The notes under the pieces: model-generated
The model's input: the letters and a program-made list of their open reading frames with translations, nothing else
What the model was told of the DNA's origin: nothing
The model's database searches: none
Program-made: the position numbers and the translations under genes
Source of the DNA: Curvularia clavata
Taxonomy: Eukaryota
Reading direction: 5' to 3'
NCBI GenBank assembly: GCA_023920165.1
Contig: CP089279.1
Coordinates: 2,728,001 to 2,792,000, forward strand
DNA: 64,000 bases
Shown here: positions 1 to 12,526 of the stretch, piece by piece
Numbering within the stretch: position 1 is the first letter of the stretch
Layout of the letters: each line of letters starts with the position of its first letter

Positions 1-789
1 AACAGCTACACGGGGACTATGGAGGACGAACGAAGCGTACAACTGACAGGTGCTGTGGCGCTGTCTGGATGGTGTTCGATTCGGTTTTGTCTACTTACGG
101 CACTACGTGTAGCAGAATCTGTGGGGCATTTGCGGGGTACTTAGCGTCCTCCTTGCTCCGCAAAATCTGGGGTGGCTATGCGCCGTCTCGGCTTCATCAC
201 ACTAGGTCGTTATTGTTTGATTGACCACGAAACATGGCGAGACGATGCTTGTGTCCTCGCCTCGCTCAAGCATGCCAAGCTGAATGATATTCGGCTCTGC
301 GGTCTCTCGGAGCGTTCCAGCACAGGCTAAATACGCACCAGTCTGTGATATACATATGTTGGGATTTTATTGTGGTCCGGCGTCTTTTTCAAACACACGG
401 ATGTGCTACCGCCTTCCTGTTACAAGTCCACGTGCGGCATAGGGCCGTTTCCCCAACTCTGACTTGGGGAAACATGCAACGTGCCGGCCGCATTCTGTGG
501 GGCTCAACTGTAAACTAAGGCGACAAGTATGCGGGGGCTTCGCTAAGACCACACATCTTGGACACTGAGGCCCAGCTGGGGCATGTCACTCTTAGCTGGT
601 TAACGACGGGGGTCTTGCAGGGTGACTAGGGGACTGCACATCCTTATTAACGCACGGTTTGCCCCAGATTTCCGCCCATCTGACAACAACCTCTGGAAGT
701 GGTCAGCTTCTTTCCTCCACGTCTCTATATTCTTCAGTACCTTTGTATTAATATCTCCTATTCCCAGGTCACCGGTATAGTGGTACACC

Positions 790-2574
790 ATGGGGTTCCT
801 AGGAATTGCCGAGGACAAGCATCTCGCCCATGTCCCTGCGACAGTCATCTTGAGCGAGGAGCAAAATCCTCTTACCGTCGTGCCTGAAGGAACAGCTCCT
901 GCAGGACTAAAACGTGGTACTGGAAAGGATGCGGACATCATCCTAATCCCGCAACCGTAGGTCGTGGCGAACGAGCGAGAAGGCTACAGGACTAACGAAG
1001 CGCAGATCCGAAGATCCAAACGATCCATTGAATTGGTCTTACACGCGGAAATTGACCATCATGATCATCATCGCATACGGTTCAGTACTATATGCTGCCG
1101 TACTTTCCCCTCTCCTGTCGCCAGCATTGGTCGTCATCGCACAAGACTTTAAGAAGCCCGTTGGTGACATTACGGTCATTTCAGGATACATGCTGCTAGT
1201 CACCGGAGGCGTTGGACCTATAGTCAGTGCTTTGTCTCGCAAGTATGGAAAGCGTCCTCAGCTTCTGATTGCTTCTCTCTTTGGCCTGCTTGGCACGATC
1301 ATCGCCAGTGCTGTGAACAGCTACGAGGGCCTGCTGGCAGGACGCATCATCCAAGGTGGCTCGGTGTAAGTTCAGCGCGTACACATCTCTCGGACATGCT
1401 GACAGTTACCAGATCTGCTTTCGAATCTCTCGTTGTTTCCATGATTGGTGACCTCTACTTTGTGCACCAGCGCGGAGGTTTCATGACGTTGATCCAGTTC
1501 ATCCTTGGAGCTACCTCAAACTTCTCGGCCATTATTGTCGGACCTATCGCAACGAACCTTGGATGGCGCTACCTCTTCCATATGCTCATCCCCTTTGTCG
1601 CCCTTGAGGTGATCCTGCTCTACTTCTTCGTTCCCGAAACAAATTACAACCGCGACCATCGTTACGACATTGACGAGCTGTCCAACGAGAACCTAGCCGA
1701 ACTTGCTGCCGTCGAAGAGAAACGAGCTACTAGAATTGAGAGAGAAAGAAGCGATGACTTGGAAAAGCTCGGCACAACGACCACCACAGCTTCTACCATA
1801 CCCCCGCGGAAGACCTATGTCCAACAGCTAGCCATTTTTACGGGAACCTACTCCAACGACAACCTCTTCCAACTTGTCATTGCACCTTTCGCTGTCTGCA
1901 CCAACCTGGCTGTTTTGTGGATGGTCATTGTAACTGGAGGCTTAACTGCTTTCTTCGTCGCCCAGTCCTACGTCATGGCACAGATCTTCCAGGCGCCTCC
2001 ATACGGGCTGAGCGCGGCGGGAGTTGGTTATTTGTCCCTGGGACCGTTTCTGGGCGGTCTTCTTGGATCCGTCCTGCTGGGAGTGACATTTGACCCCCTC
2101 ATCAAGTGGTGCGCAAAGAAGAACCACGGTGTCTATGAGCCAGAGTACCGGCTCCTTGCCATGATTCCGTCTGTGTTCATCGTAATAGGTCTATGCTTAT
2201 TTGGCCACTTTGCCGAAAAGGGCTCGTCGTACTACGTTACTGCCTTCTTTCACGGCATGGACCTTTTCGGAATCGTCGTGGCATGTATCTCCTCCTCCTC
2301 CTACGTACTCGACGCCTACCGCGATCTCAGCTCCGAGGTCTTCATCATAAACATGGTGTTCAAGAACTTTCTCTTCTACGGCTTCTCGTACTTTGTCAAC
2401 AACTGGACAGCGGAGGCAGGCCCAGCCATTGTGTTCTACGTCTTTGGCGGCGTAGCTGCTGGCATGGTTGTTACCGCCCCAGTCTTCTTCTTTTGGGGAA
2501 AGAAGTACAGGAGCTTCTGGCATAGGCACAATCTCCTGCAGAAGTGGGGTATTTCGACGCATGCGGAGATTTGA
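790..2574 (+). CDS. MFS transporter, DHA1/HOL1-like (3 exons)
   Basis: ATG 790 (MGFLGIAEDKHLAHVP...IILIPQP). Introns 957-1005 and 1366-1412 join to SEDPNDPLNWS, motif A-like SRKYGKRP, LGWRYLF, VPETNY and EPEYRL. Many hydrophobic segments. Confidence 0.9.
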
Positions 2575-2797
2575 CAGTTGTTCAGCTCACGAGCACATTG
2601 TAATTATTCCAGAATGCCGTAATATTATTCCGATTACTTGCTTGCTTCACTGTGTGATGTGTGTGTTTGCCCTTTAATATGTACGTCAGTCCGTGCTCTT
2701 CTCTTAGGTTCTACTGCTTGTTTGTATTTTGGCCACTCACCCACACAAGCCTTCTTCCGCTCCTTCCCCTCTCAGACTCAAACCCCTCCTACCACTA

Positions 2798-4707
2798 ATG
2801 GCACCCCCGAAGCTCCCTGGGGGTGAATTCGGCTGCGCCCTGTGTGGCTTTACCTTTGATACAAAGACTGAGCTGATCAACCACACTGCCACCCATTACA
2901 ACAGAGCCCCTACACACCGCGAGCACTGTATTTTACCATTGAGAACTATGTTCAGCACGACGTCTCACTAACAAGTCTAGATAAGCTTCAAGGACTGCCT
3001 GGAATAACTCCCCAGGGGGCAATAGGGCTAGGTCTCTCTCGTGAGCCTGACTACCCCTACAGAGGCTACGTCGATCTGGACAAGCCAAAGGACAACGACA
3101 GCACGATTGTGATGTACGATGATCTCGCGGACGATTCGCGCCTGTCAACGAATGCCAACGAAAACGGCTTGCGGTGCAAAGACTGCAAGAAACAGTTCAA
3201 ATCGCAAGCCCAATACAACAACCACTTCCTGGCATGTACCCCAGTAGCATCGCCCTTTCAAGCAAAACCTGCTGCATCAGCTTCTTCTGGGGTCCTTCGG
3301 GCCAAACCACTGAACACGATGGTACCCTTCCAGTCAGTTTCAAGCAAACGCAAAGACACTTTCAACACAAAAGCTCAGGTCTCTAAGCCCAAGCCACTGC
3401 AGAAAGCCAAACCAAATCCAGAAGAACACAAACAACTGCAACAGCACCATGCAGCGCCCGCCCCATTTGCCCCTTCTGTGGCTAACACCGATAGACACTT
3501 CTGTAACGTGAAAGGCTGTGACAAGTCCTTTCGATCTGACGCAGGTCTTACACAGCACAAGAAAGACGTCCATGGTATTGGTGGTCGGAAGCTGGACCTA
3601 GAGGGACGAGACTCATGGATGCTCGGCAGCCGTAGAGGTAGCCCAGCCTCTTCTCGAGCCCCTTCGCTCACTGTCCATAAACTCAATATCTCTAAACCCA
3701 ACCATCTCTTCGGACCAGCCCCTCAGGTACCTCAGAGCCACAAGCCAGCAGCTCACCCAGCAGCTCATCAAGCCGTTATGCAAATGAACACGAACATAGG
3801 CAGCATCGCTGACATAGAGCAAGCCAAAGAGATTCATCACCGCGCTCTACGTCTACTCATTCAGTCAGACATCTTCATACGCCCTGGCAGTATCGTGGTT
3901 GATGATATTTCTTGGAGTAGAGTCCCATGCGCAAACCAGGGCCAACTGCTTAATACGCTCGACACTATGTGCCACTTGCCAAAACAGCTTCAAGGCGAGT
4001 ATTTGCCCGGGCCAAAGACATTCAAAGACGAACAGCAAGCTTCCTACAGCCTTGCTGAATTCACATCTTTCTCCGCTCGAGATCCAGGAAAGCCCGGCCT
4101 GGGCGCTGTTGTCCTCATATGCTCCAAAGTAGCGCTTTCAGACGATCGTCAGGAAGTTGTTAAGATAGCTGCCGTCGACTGCATTACAGGTGCCATAATC
4201 ATGAACCACCTTGTCTGTACAGATCCACAACTGTCTGTCACTGATTGGCGCTCATCTGTTACTGGTTTATCAAGTTGGCACGACATGGAAGCCGCTCGAC
4301 AGGCTGGCTATAAGGTCTTCAAAGGCTGGCTAGGTGCCCGCGCAGCCCTGGGGAAATACGTTGACAGCGAAACCATCATCTTAGGTTACAACCTACGCGC
4401 CGATCTAGATATCCTGCGCATCATGCACGGCCGTGGCGTCGACATTGTCAAGGTTGTGGAAAAGGCAGGCAACGGCGCGTTCGCCAAGCAACAGCTAGCC
4501 TTGGACAGCTTATGCCGCGACACGACTATTAAAGTCCCAGGGGTCTACGCCAAGCATGGCCGCGATCCTCTCATGGATGCTTTTGCAGTACGTGAGCTTT
4601 TCCTCTGGGCAATCAAGAACCAAAAGGGTCTTGAGACCATGGCAAAGAAGAGGGTCGCCGACTATCAGAATGTTCAGGTTTTGACGAAGCGTACCGGAGG
4701 AACCTAG
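2798..4707 (+). CDS. Zinc-finger protein with C-terminal degenerate DEDDh (REX-like) exonuclease domain (2 exons)
   Basis: Fingers CALC..H..H, CKDC..H..C and CNVKGC..H...H. Intron ~2928-2980 restores frame into ORF 3109-4707. C-terminus has REX-like segments VTDWRSSVTG, TIILGYNLRADLDILR and DPLMDAFAVREL. Confidence 0.8.
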
Positions 4708-4966
4708 AACACCTATTGTGCAGAAGAAAAGGCGGTTTAGTTGGGTTGGAGTGAATAGGAAAGAGGGGAGATGCTATTTGTAAGATACTTGCATGGAAGA
4801 GCAATTGCGAACAAGACGAAATATCGCCGTGTACTGGGAGGAAGAGGAGAGACGGCACATACATGTACACATATGAAAGGCTCCACAATACCATGTAAAT
4901 TAGGAATCCAATCGAAGTCTCTACCCAGTAAACTCAAAAAGCCCACCATCATCTTGACATCTAGCC

Positions 4967-5792
4967 CTATGCCTTCGCCTTTGCAGCCTCCTCCTGCTCC
5001 TTCTCCACAACATCCACCACAAACGCGCCTCCCAGCAAAATCGCCGGCTCATCAATATTATGATGTTCATAACTCAGCGTTCCCACACCGCCCGCCTCTA
5101 GAATCAAACTTGGGTTCTCCTCCAGTCGCTTGCCCACCCACCTCGCCGCCAGTGCCCGCAAAATATGTCCATGCGCTACTATCAACACATCATTCGGCTT
5201 GCCATCTTTCCCGAACCGGCCCCGGTGCCATTTCTCACGTAGCTCGTGGATGAAGGCGTCAAGACGAGACGTTACGTCTTCGGGTGACTCGCCGCCTTCG
5301 CATCCGTCGCGCCAGATGTCCCAGTCAGAACCTAGCCCGCGGGCCTCGCGGTCTTGTCGGATTTCCTTGGTGACGCGGCCTTCGTAGGCGCCATAGTCCC
5401 ACTCGCGGACTGCTTCTGTGATTTCGATCTTAGCGTGGGTGCGTATGTCGGGTGTGGCGGTGGTATCGTCTTGGGATTGGGACCAGGGGTAGCGGTCTTT
5501 GCAGCCGAGGTTGAGGAGTTCGAGGGTTTTTTGGGCGCGGGTTCGCGGGGACACGTAGCTGTGGGTGTATCAGTCTTTTGCTGGATAGGTGGGTTGTCAT
5601 TAGAAGAGCGTACATGTGCGCGAGGTTGCTGGGTACGATTAATCGGTCGTCGCCTACGAGAGCTTTGCCTGTCGCTCGAACGCGCTTCTCGCCGTTTTGG
5701 GTCAGCGGGATGTCAGAGACGCCTGTGTGCCGGCCATTAAGTGACCATTCTGTTTCACCGTGGCGGATTATGAAGACGCGTGGGTCGGGCAT
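4967..5792 (-). CDS. SHB17: Histidine phosphatase, phosphoglycerate mutase family, sedoheptulose-1,7-bisphosphatase-like (2 exons)
   Basis: RHGETEWSLNGRHTG, SPRTRA, EWDYGAYEG, WDIWRDGCEGGES and VAHGHILR. One intron ~5560-5613. Confidence 0.85.
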
Positions 5793-6312
5793 TCTGGTCG
5801 TTGTTTGTTTAGATCAAGGGGGAATGATTTGTCGCGTCGGCGGAAGATTCAATTGCAAAAACCAGAATGAATATGCGCTTGAACGAAGACGATGCCAAAC
5901 TAAGCAAAGCGATTGAGTAAGTGAAGTAAAATAAAAGGCATGACTTGCAATTGCGAAATATGCGGCAGTTGGCGGGCGGCATTGACTACTAATGACGTCT
6001 GTTTGGTAATGGTGGGGCAGGCCAGGGACGATATGGTTAATTTACCCCACTATCTCGACCTGGCTGCATGGTAAGGCTTGGTCATCCGCCTTACTCATGG
6101 GCCATGGCGGAAGCTATGCCAGATAGATGAATGTGTGCTGCGAAAAAGGGAAAGACTTCACTGAGGATGGTCTTGGTTTGTGGGGAGGTCTCTGACACGG
6201 ACAGGGTTGAAGGCTTTTCAGATTCAGATTTGAATACAATGGTATGCGAGAGGCTTTGTTTGCTCTTATCCTGTCTACGCCCGCAGATATTTCCAGAACT
6301 AGTTCAATAAGC

Positions 6313-6957
6313 TTATTCAGCGGCGGTGTCTGCAACGCACTGGAAATACCATTCTAATCAGTGTTAGCTTCGCTGTACTCGCGCTTGATTGTAGGTCTCT
6401 ACACGCACCATTTTGCTCCACACACTTTGCTCCCTTGACGCACTCAGTGCAGCCTGTCCAGGGCTTGCCGTCATGCCAACCTCCGCATTTGTAGTAGAGG
6501 GGTACAGGGCATCTGGTGCTGCTCGGGCCCACTTCCTCGGTGGTGGTCTTGGTTGGCTGGACTACAGACTTGGTGGTGGTCTTGATCGTAGTCTATAGAG
6601 ACTTGATTAGCCACAGCGCCAAATGTCAATGGGAAGAGTAGTGGCAAAGTTGAAACAGAAGTAGGGTATGCCAACCTTTGATGGAGTGGGCGTCGGTGAG
6701 GGTTTCTTGCTCGTCGTTGTCGTTACCTTGGTGGTTGTCGGCTTTGGTGCCTCGGACGTGGGTCGACTGATGTTGTCACTGCAGCGGCCTCCAATACATG
6801 TTATAATATATGTCTGGCGTGGCTCAAGCTGAGGGTTTTCGTTGGCCGGTACCTGCGATTGAGTTAATGAAATAAGTAACGTGTCGGTACATGCACGTAC
6901 TGCTACGCAAAATGCTGAAAGGCTTGTGAACAAGAAGGCGAGGGTGGTGAGATGCAT
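6313..6957 (-). CDS. Small secreted protein: signal peptide, Thr/Pro-rich linker, C-terminal CBM1, no catalytic domain (4 exons)
   Basis: Signal-like MHLTTLAFLFTSLSAFCVA, T/P/K-rich linker, and spliced CPVPLYYKCGGWHDGKPWTGCTECVKGAKCVEQNEWYFQCV. TAA at 6315-6313. Confidence 0.8.
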
Positions 6958-7916
6958 GCTGACTAGACTTGGTAAAGCTTAGTAGAAAGATGACGACACG
7001 AATCAAATGGCTAGTTGAAGATCTAAGTCGATGAGGTTTTGCGAGCATCTTATATAGATTCAGGCCTGAAACTGTTGGATTGTGGGACATGACCTGGCTT
7101 CAAGCTCTGGGTGTTCATGGCTCCATTGTAGGAAGCAGTCTAGCTAGACCAGAACACAATACGAGGCTAGTTTAATTTGTCTGGGTATTCACCGATATTG
7201 TGGCTCCACGATGGGGATGCAGCTTCTCTGGCATGGCGGTGTTGAGTATTTGAAGCAGCTGAGAACATTGTACATAGGTGGAGTATGTGACATGTAAAGG
7301 ACTGCATGATTTAGAAATGTAGTCTGAACGCTGAAAACAATGGCAGACTTTGTGCCTTGGAATCAAAACGACGTGGTGCTATTGTATGGCTTGACATGAC
7401 TCTACGTGTTGTCTGATCTGGCAATGGTTGGATCCATGACTGTCTTATCCGGCTTGAGCTACCGTTCCGGGCTCGGCTAGGTTCCGCGATCCTTCGCGAC
7501 TGATCTTGATTCTATTCTTATCCCTGTTCAAGGCGGTTGAATAGGATGTGTTTTAGCCGCAAATTGACATTCAAGCCATCCTTGCCTGCTTGTCAGATTC
7601 AGATAACAATCGTGACGGTTGGGGAAAATGTCATTCTGCACACGGCGCATGAGCAGATTACCCGATGCAAGTGGTGAGACTGGCAGTCGGAGAGCAATGC
7701 GGGAAACCCGAGCAGTGGTAGGGAGATGCCCCTCTGGGCGTACCGTGGTCCTGGCTCGGCTGAATAGAAAAGTGGAAAAGTTTATGCATGGTGAAAAGAT
7801 CAGAATCACCAGATATAATCCACTCGAATAAGGCCTAGACGATTTCCGCAAGCAGAGTGTTGGCAAGCACGTGGGTAAGGATGAACGAGAGGTGCTATTC
7901 AGAGCGAAACTCACCC

Positions 7917-8816
7917 TCAGCTCAACCCATCTTTTTGTGTGACACGGGGATCTAATAGATCACCCACGCCGATCCATTTCTGCACCAGGAACGCGCCCTG
8001 TGGCCTAAGCTTCCGGTAGTACCCCTCCTCTTTCCCCACTATGTCAAAGTTTCGCTTCTTGTACCATTCCATGCCTTCTTCATTTGCCTCCCATACATGC
8101 GCTGTGACGGAGCGTACACCGTGAAGCTCGACGGCTTTCTTGACGATGGCTTGCAGCAGGTGCATAGCGATACCGTGGGAGCGATAGGGGGCAAGGACGC
8201 CCAAAGTCGAGATGTATAGTTGTGACGAGGGAAGGAGTCGACATCGCACAGCTCCGACAAGATGTGGCTGCCCCGAAGAAGGTACACCCGCTTCGTTTGC
8301 AGGAGAAGGGCGCCATAGTGCCACCAATGTGATGCCATGATGTGGCTCCGTCATGGTCTCTTTGTAAAAGCTGTCTGGGTATGATATTGGCAAAGTGAGC
8401 ATGTTCAGGTTCTTGAACGAAGGCATAAGATCATCGGTAAGTGGTACTAACTCCACATTTGACGGTAGAGGACGGAGAGCGAAGAGCTGTGGTTTGGCGG
8501 GCTGCTGGACGGGTGGAGTATTAGGGGTGAACATTCCCGAGCCAACAGGTGTAACGGCGCGTGATGAGCGAGGGCTTTTCTTCGATCGTGGCCTCGACGG
8601 CGCCTGCAGAAAGTCATCCGGAATGTCGTTCCAGTTGTCCATGGCGGGAGGCGTCGGGGTGATAGTAGGGGGCACGCGCGGTGGGGCGGAGGGCGACTTT
8701 GGGGGAGGGGGAGGTCGGTTGGACTTTGGCGGCATTACTGGAGGGACATTGGTAGGTAATTGGGGCTGCTTGTCGGAGCTGGATTTCTTCAGCCAGCTGG
8801 TTAACGACGACTGCAT
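7917..8816 (-). CDS. GNAT N-acetyltransferase, NAA50/Nat5-like, with Pro-rich N-terminal extension
   Basis: Likely ATG 8816 (MQSSLTSWLKK). Motifs LPISYPDSFY, LYISTLGVLAPYRSHGIA, HVWEANEEGMEWY and GYYRKL. Confidence 0.85.
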   Translation of the reverse strand: MQSSLTSWLKKSSSDKQPQLPTNVPPVMPPKSNRPPPPPKSPSAPPRVPPTITPTPPAMDNWNDIPDDFLQAPSRPRSKKSPRSSRAVTPVGSGMFTPNTPPVQQPAKPQLFALRPLPSNVELVPLTDDLMPSFKNLNMLTLPISYPDSFYKETMTEPHHGITLVALWRPSPANEAGVPSSGQPHLVGAVRCRLLPSSQLYISTLGVLAPYRSHGIAMHLLQAIVKKAVELHGVRSVTAHVWEANEEGMEWYKKRNFDIVGKEEGYYRKLRPQGAFLVQKWIGVGDLLDPRVTQKDGLS

Positions 8817-9164
8817 AGCGAGGGCGGTAGGAGGGGCGAAAGTGCTATTAAGGGAGGGGCGCAGTTGCTGAGGCCAGAGAGAAAGGTCTGGTTGACGAAA
8901 TGAGAAGAGTTGTACGAATGAAAGTCGCTGGGATGCTGTTTGAAGTGCTTGTCTTGTCAAAAACTGGTCACGCTGCGTATATAATAAAAAAAAAGGACTC
9001 CTAGTGTCGCGATATCCCAATGGTGTTTCCCTAACGCGCCGGAGAGTCGCATGGCGTGCAGGGATGTTTGCTAGCGTGCTTTGGCCGGCCAAGCCTGAAG
9101 TTCGGACTTCTTCCACCAAGTGCATCATCGCTCAACGAGGCCCGCAAGTCGCACCACCGCCGCC

Positions 9165-9871
9165 ATGGGTGCCGAGAATTCAAAACCCTCATCAGAGGTC
9201 AAGCAGCACGTCTTCTCAGCGTATGTTCAAGTCCGCCGACCCAATGGCGTCCGTCGCGCTGTAGCGGCGGCCCATGGCCAACAGTGACGTCGGGTGCTGA
9301 CCAGTTTGCGCACAGAGATCACCCCGTCAGCTTCTCCAATGAGCTGGTAGGCTCGCTGCAGAAGAACACCTTCGTATGCGCTCTCAGAAGAATGTAGTCG
9401 GCAGCGACTGACTGCAAGCAGACAGACTCGGCTCGGTCAAGACAGCAAGAACTCCAGTACCAGGAACGCCTAACCGCCGAACTTGAGAAGCTGCGCGACC
9501 AAGAGATCCAGAACTTCTCCAAGTTCAGCGAAACCCTTTCCGAGGAGACACAGCAAGCCAGCGAGCCTTCGCTGGTCGAGAAGCTCCAAGATGCCACATC
9601 CAGCAGCGCCGCTCTCGCAGAAAAGCAGAGGCAGAAGGACATGAGCAGGGACAGCGTCACCAAGGAAATTGAGCGCCTCAAGGCGAAGCTTGAGCAGAGA
9701 AAGAAGCTGGAGCAGGCCGACGCCGATGTGACCAAGGCAAAGGAGGCCGTGGTCGCGTGCCTGAGGACCCACGATCGCCGACCGCTGGATTGCTGGAAGG
9801 AGGTTGAAACTTTCAAGCAAGAGGTTGGGCGGCTGGAGAAGGAGTTTGTGCACAAGACCCTAACACCATAA
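9165..9871 (+). CDS. MIC19: MICOS subunit Mic19 (3 exons)
   Basis: Myristoylation-type start MGAENSK, PVSFSNELVGSLQ, a coiled coil, and C-terminal CLRTHDRRPLDCWKEVETFK. Confidence 0.85.
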
Positions 9872-10363
9872 ACTATGAGTGACGTCACATACTTCTTGAG
9901 TGTGAACTTTACGGCTAGTTTCTGTATAGATAGATAAGGCATGGTGAATTACCCCAAGGTCGTCCTCATTATCTGCCTCGATGCAATCTTACGCCACATT
10001 TCTTCGACGGTTCCTCATTTCTTTGCTGTTCTAGGATTTCCCTGCATGATTCTATTCACTTCTTACTCCTCGCCTCTCACTTCTAGCCTCTCATTTCTCA
10101 TCTATGCCCTTCACCTATCATCCCTCACTACAAAGCGGTGTTTATCGTTTGCCGCAATCAGTCACCTTCACTTTGCCAAGGCTTCGAGTCCGTTTGTCAC
10201 GCCTCTACCTCCGCCAATCTGTTTGAAAGCTTCCCTCGATTGCAGCTTAACACTTCCGATCCAACAACGTCACCTCTGCTCATTGTCGCTGAGATTAAAA
10301 CAACTTCGCAGCAACAGCTTAGCATCTACTTGCGTCCGTACACATCAGCTCCTATGAGTGACT

Positions 10364-12526
10364 ATGGCTGCCACACAACCATACCTGATTCTGGACGATA
10401 ATGAGGGCGATCCTATTTACGGCGAAGGTTTTACTATCGACCTAGTCGACTTTGGTGAGTTCATGCTCTTCATGCCTCTACGTACTTTTAGCTAATGTTG
10501 TTTGAATTATGGAGACCTAGAGCCTGAGGCGGGCAGCCCGCGCGCTGCGGATTCCCCTCCCGAAAGCGATCTTGAAGATGCTGCTTCTATCAAGCTCCCA
10601 GAAGTCTTCATCGACAGCTACTCGCTAGATGACAACAAGGTCATCAAGCTAGGAGACACAGTGGAATTGCTTGATCTGACGCGATCATTCCGCAAGATGC
10701 AAAGTGGCGATTTCTTCCGGATACAAGCTATCATAAAGAATTTGGAAACTGATGTCGTCTATCTCCGAGGGTTCCGAATGCTTCGCATCAAGTACCTAGG
10801 CCCTCTCTTTGATTGTAAGAAGTCTACAGTGTGAGACTAATACAGTTACTAACATTACGATAGGGAGGTTCAACGAGTTAGCCATGGTTCTACGCATCAA
10901 TGAAGGCGACCAACGCCCATTACTCGTTGCTGGTCTAGAAGATATCGAGATCAAGGATGACCTGTGCAACATCTGGCGCAGGCGCCAGTGTGTTTTTACA
11001 CACAAGCCATGTCCGCCGCCTGGCTGCGGTGACCCTATCATGATCAAAGTTCCTCGGAATCTCACACAACAGGAAATCAAGTTGCTTCTCTTTGAAGACG
11101 GTGTGCTAACTTGTCGGTCCATCTACGTGCAGTATATCAATGCTCGGAATCAGAAGCCATATAGCGGTATCGTCCGTCATCTCTATGCACGGGAGGTGAA
11201 CGAACTTAAGAGCTCCACCGACGAACTACCTCCTTTCTTCCCTGAAGTTTCGAACGCTAGCCAGCTCGATGACGACGATGATGACTGCGTAGTTGTCCTC
11301 AAACATTCAATAAGGGGGCGTCGTGAGAGCTTGTTAGATGTTGAGATACTGGAAGCGCCTCCAAGACGTATCAAAGAAGGCCCTCTGACCTTCGCCGACG
11401 GATTTTGCGGTGCCGGGGGTGCATCACAGGGCGCCGTACAGGCAGGCTTCCTAGTACGATGGGGGTTCGACAAAGACGACCTGGCCATCGAGGCCTATGA
11501 GTTAAATCACCCAGGCGCGTTGGCATTCAAGATGGATGCGCATGACTTCCCACCATGCAATATTGGCAAAGCTTTTTTGCGAGTAGATGTTCTACACTTG
11601 TCTCCACCTTGCTGCTACTGGAGCCCTGCCCAGTAGGTGCAATCTCCCATCATATTGGCTATGCTAACGTTGTTTACTATGTAGTACCCACAATGGCCGC
11701 AACGACCAGGCCAACTACGAAGCAATCTTCACGATCGAAGAGATTCTCAAACAGGTCAAACCTCGCGTCGTCACATTGGAACAGACTTTTGGTCTCATGA
11801 CGCATAGTCAACATCGGAAAAACTTCTTGAAGCTGCTCAACGATATTGGCAGAGCTGGATACAATCTACGGTACAAGATGCAGGACCTGTCAGAGCTTGG
11901 TCTCGCCCAAAAACGCAAGCGGCTCATCATCATCGCTGCTAGGTGCGTTACACCCACTCTCTCTGCTACGAGATTGGTGCTAACATCTTATACCTAGGCG
12001 TGGCACGCCACTGCCGCCATTCCCGAAAGCAACTCGTGGTCCTCAAGGAAGCAATCTCAAGCCCTTCACAACAATTGCGGACGCACTCCAGCCATTGACT
12101 CGCATCGGATCCCAAGCTTTCAATGACGTGTACCACCAGCCAAGGCCTTTCCGTACTCCTAGACCTCGTTATTCTTCTCACACCCAACTCAGAGGATGCA
12201 TCACTACTGGTGGAACAACAAGCTGCCACCCATCAGGCCTTCGCAACTTTACTGTGCGAGAGCTCTCTTTCTTACAGGGCTTCCCAAGGATGTATTACTT
12301 CACGGGTACAAAGACCGAGGCTTCTAAGCAGGTAGGAAACGCGTTCCCTCCTATTGTAGCTGAGCAAATCTACCGCACCATAGCGAAAACATTGGAGGCT
12401 TTTGATGAAGGTGTCATTGGGGCTGAAGATGATCTCGACAATCTGGACGAGTTGATCAACCGACATGACGAGATCGTAGAAATCAGTGATGACGACGGTA
12501 TTGTCGAAATAAGTGACGATGAATAA
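10364..12526 (+). CDS. rid: C5-cytosine DNA methyltransferase, RID/Masc1 family (5 exons, frame intact)
   Basis: Motif I DGFCGAGG, IV HLSPPCC, VI VTLEQTFGL (EQT instead of ENV, a Masc1/RID hallmark), VIII QKRKRLIIIAA, IX RNFTVRELSFLQGFP and X KQVGNAFPP. All four GT-AG introns keep frame. Confidence 0.9.

Noticed and set aside
8817..9128. N-terminal extension of the GNAT ORF in the ORF track
   Set aside because: It runs through the short divergent promoter shared with MIC19. ATG 8816 is the more plausible start.
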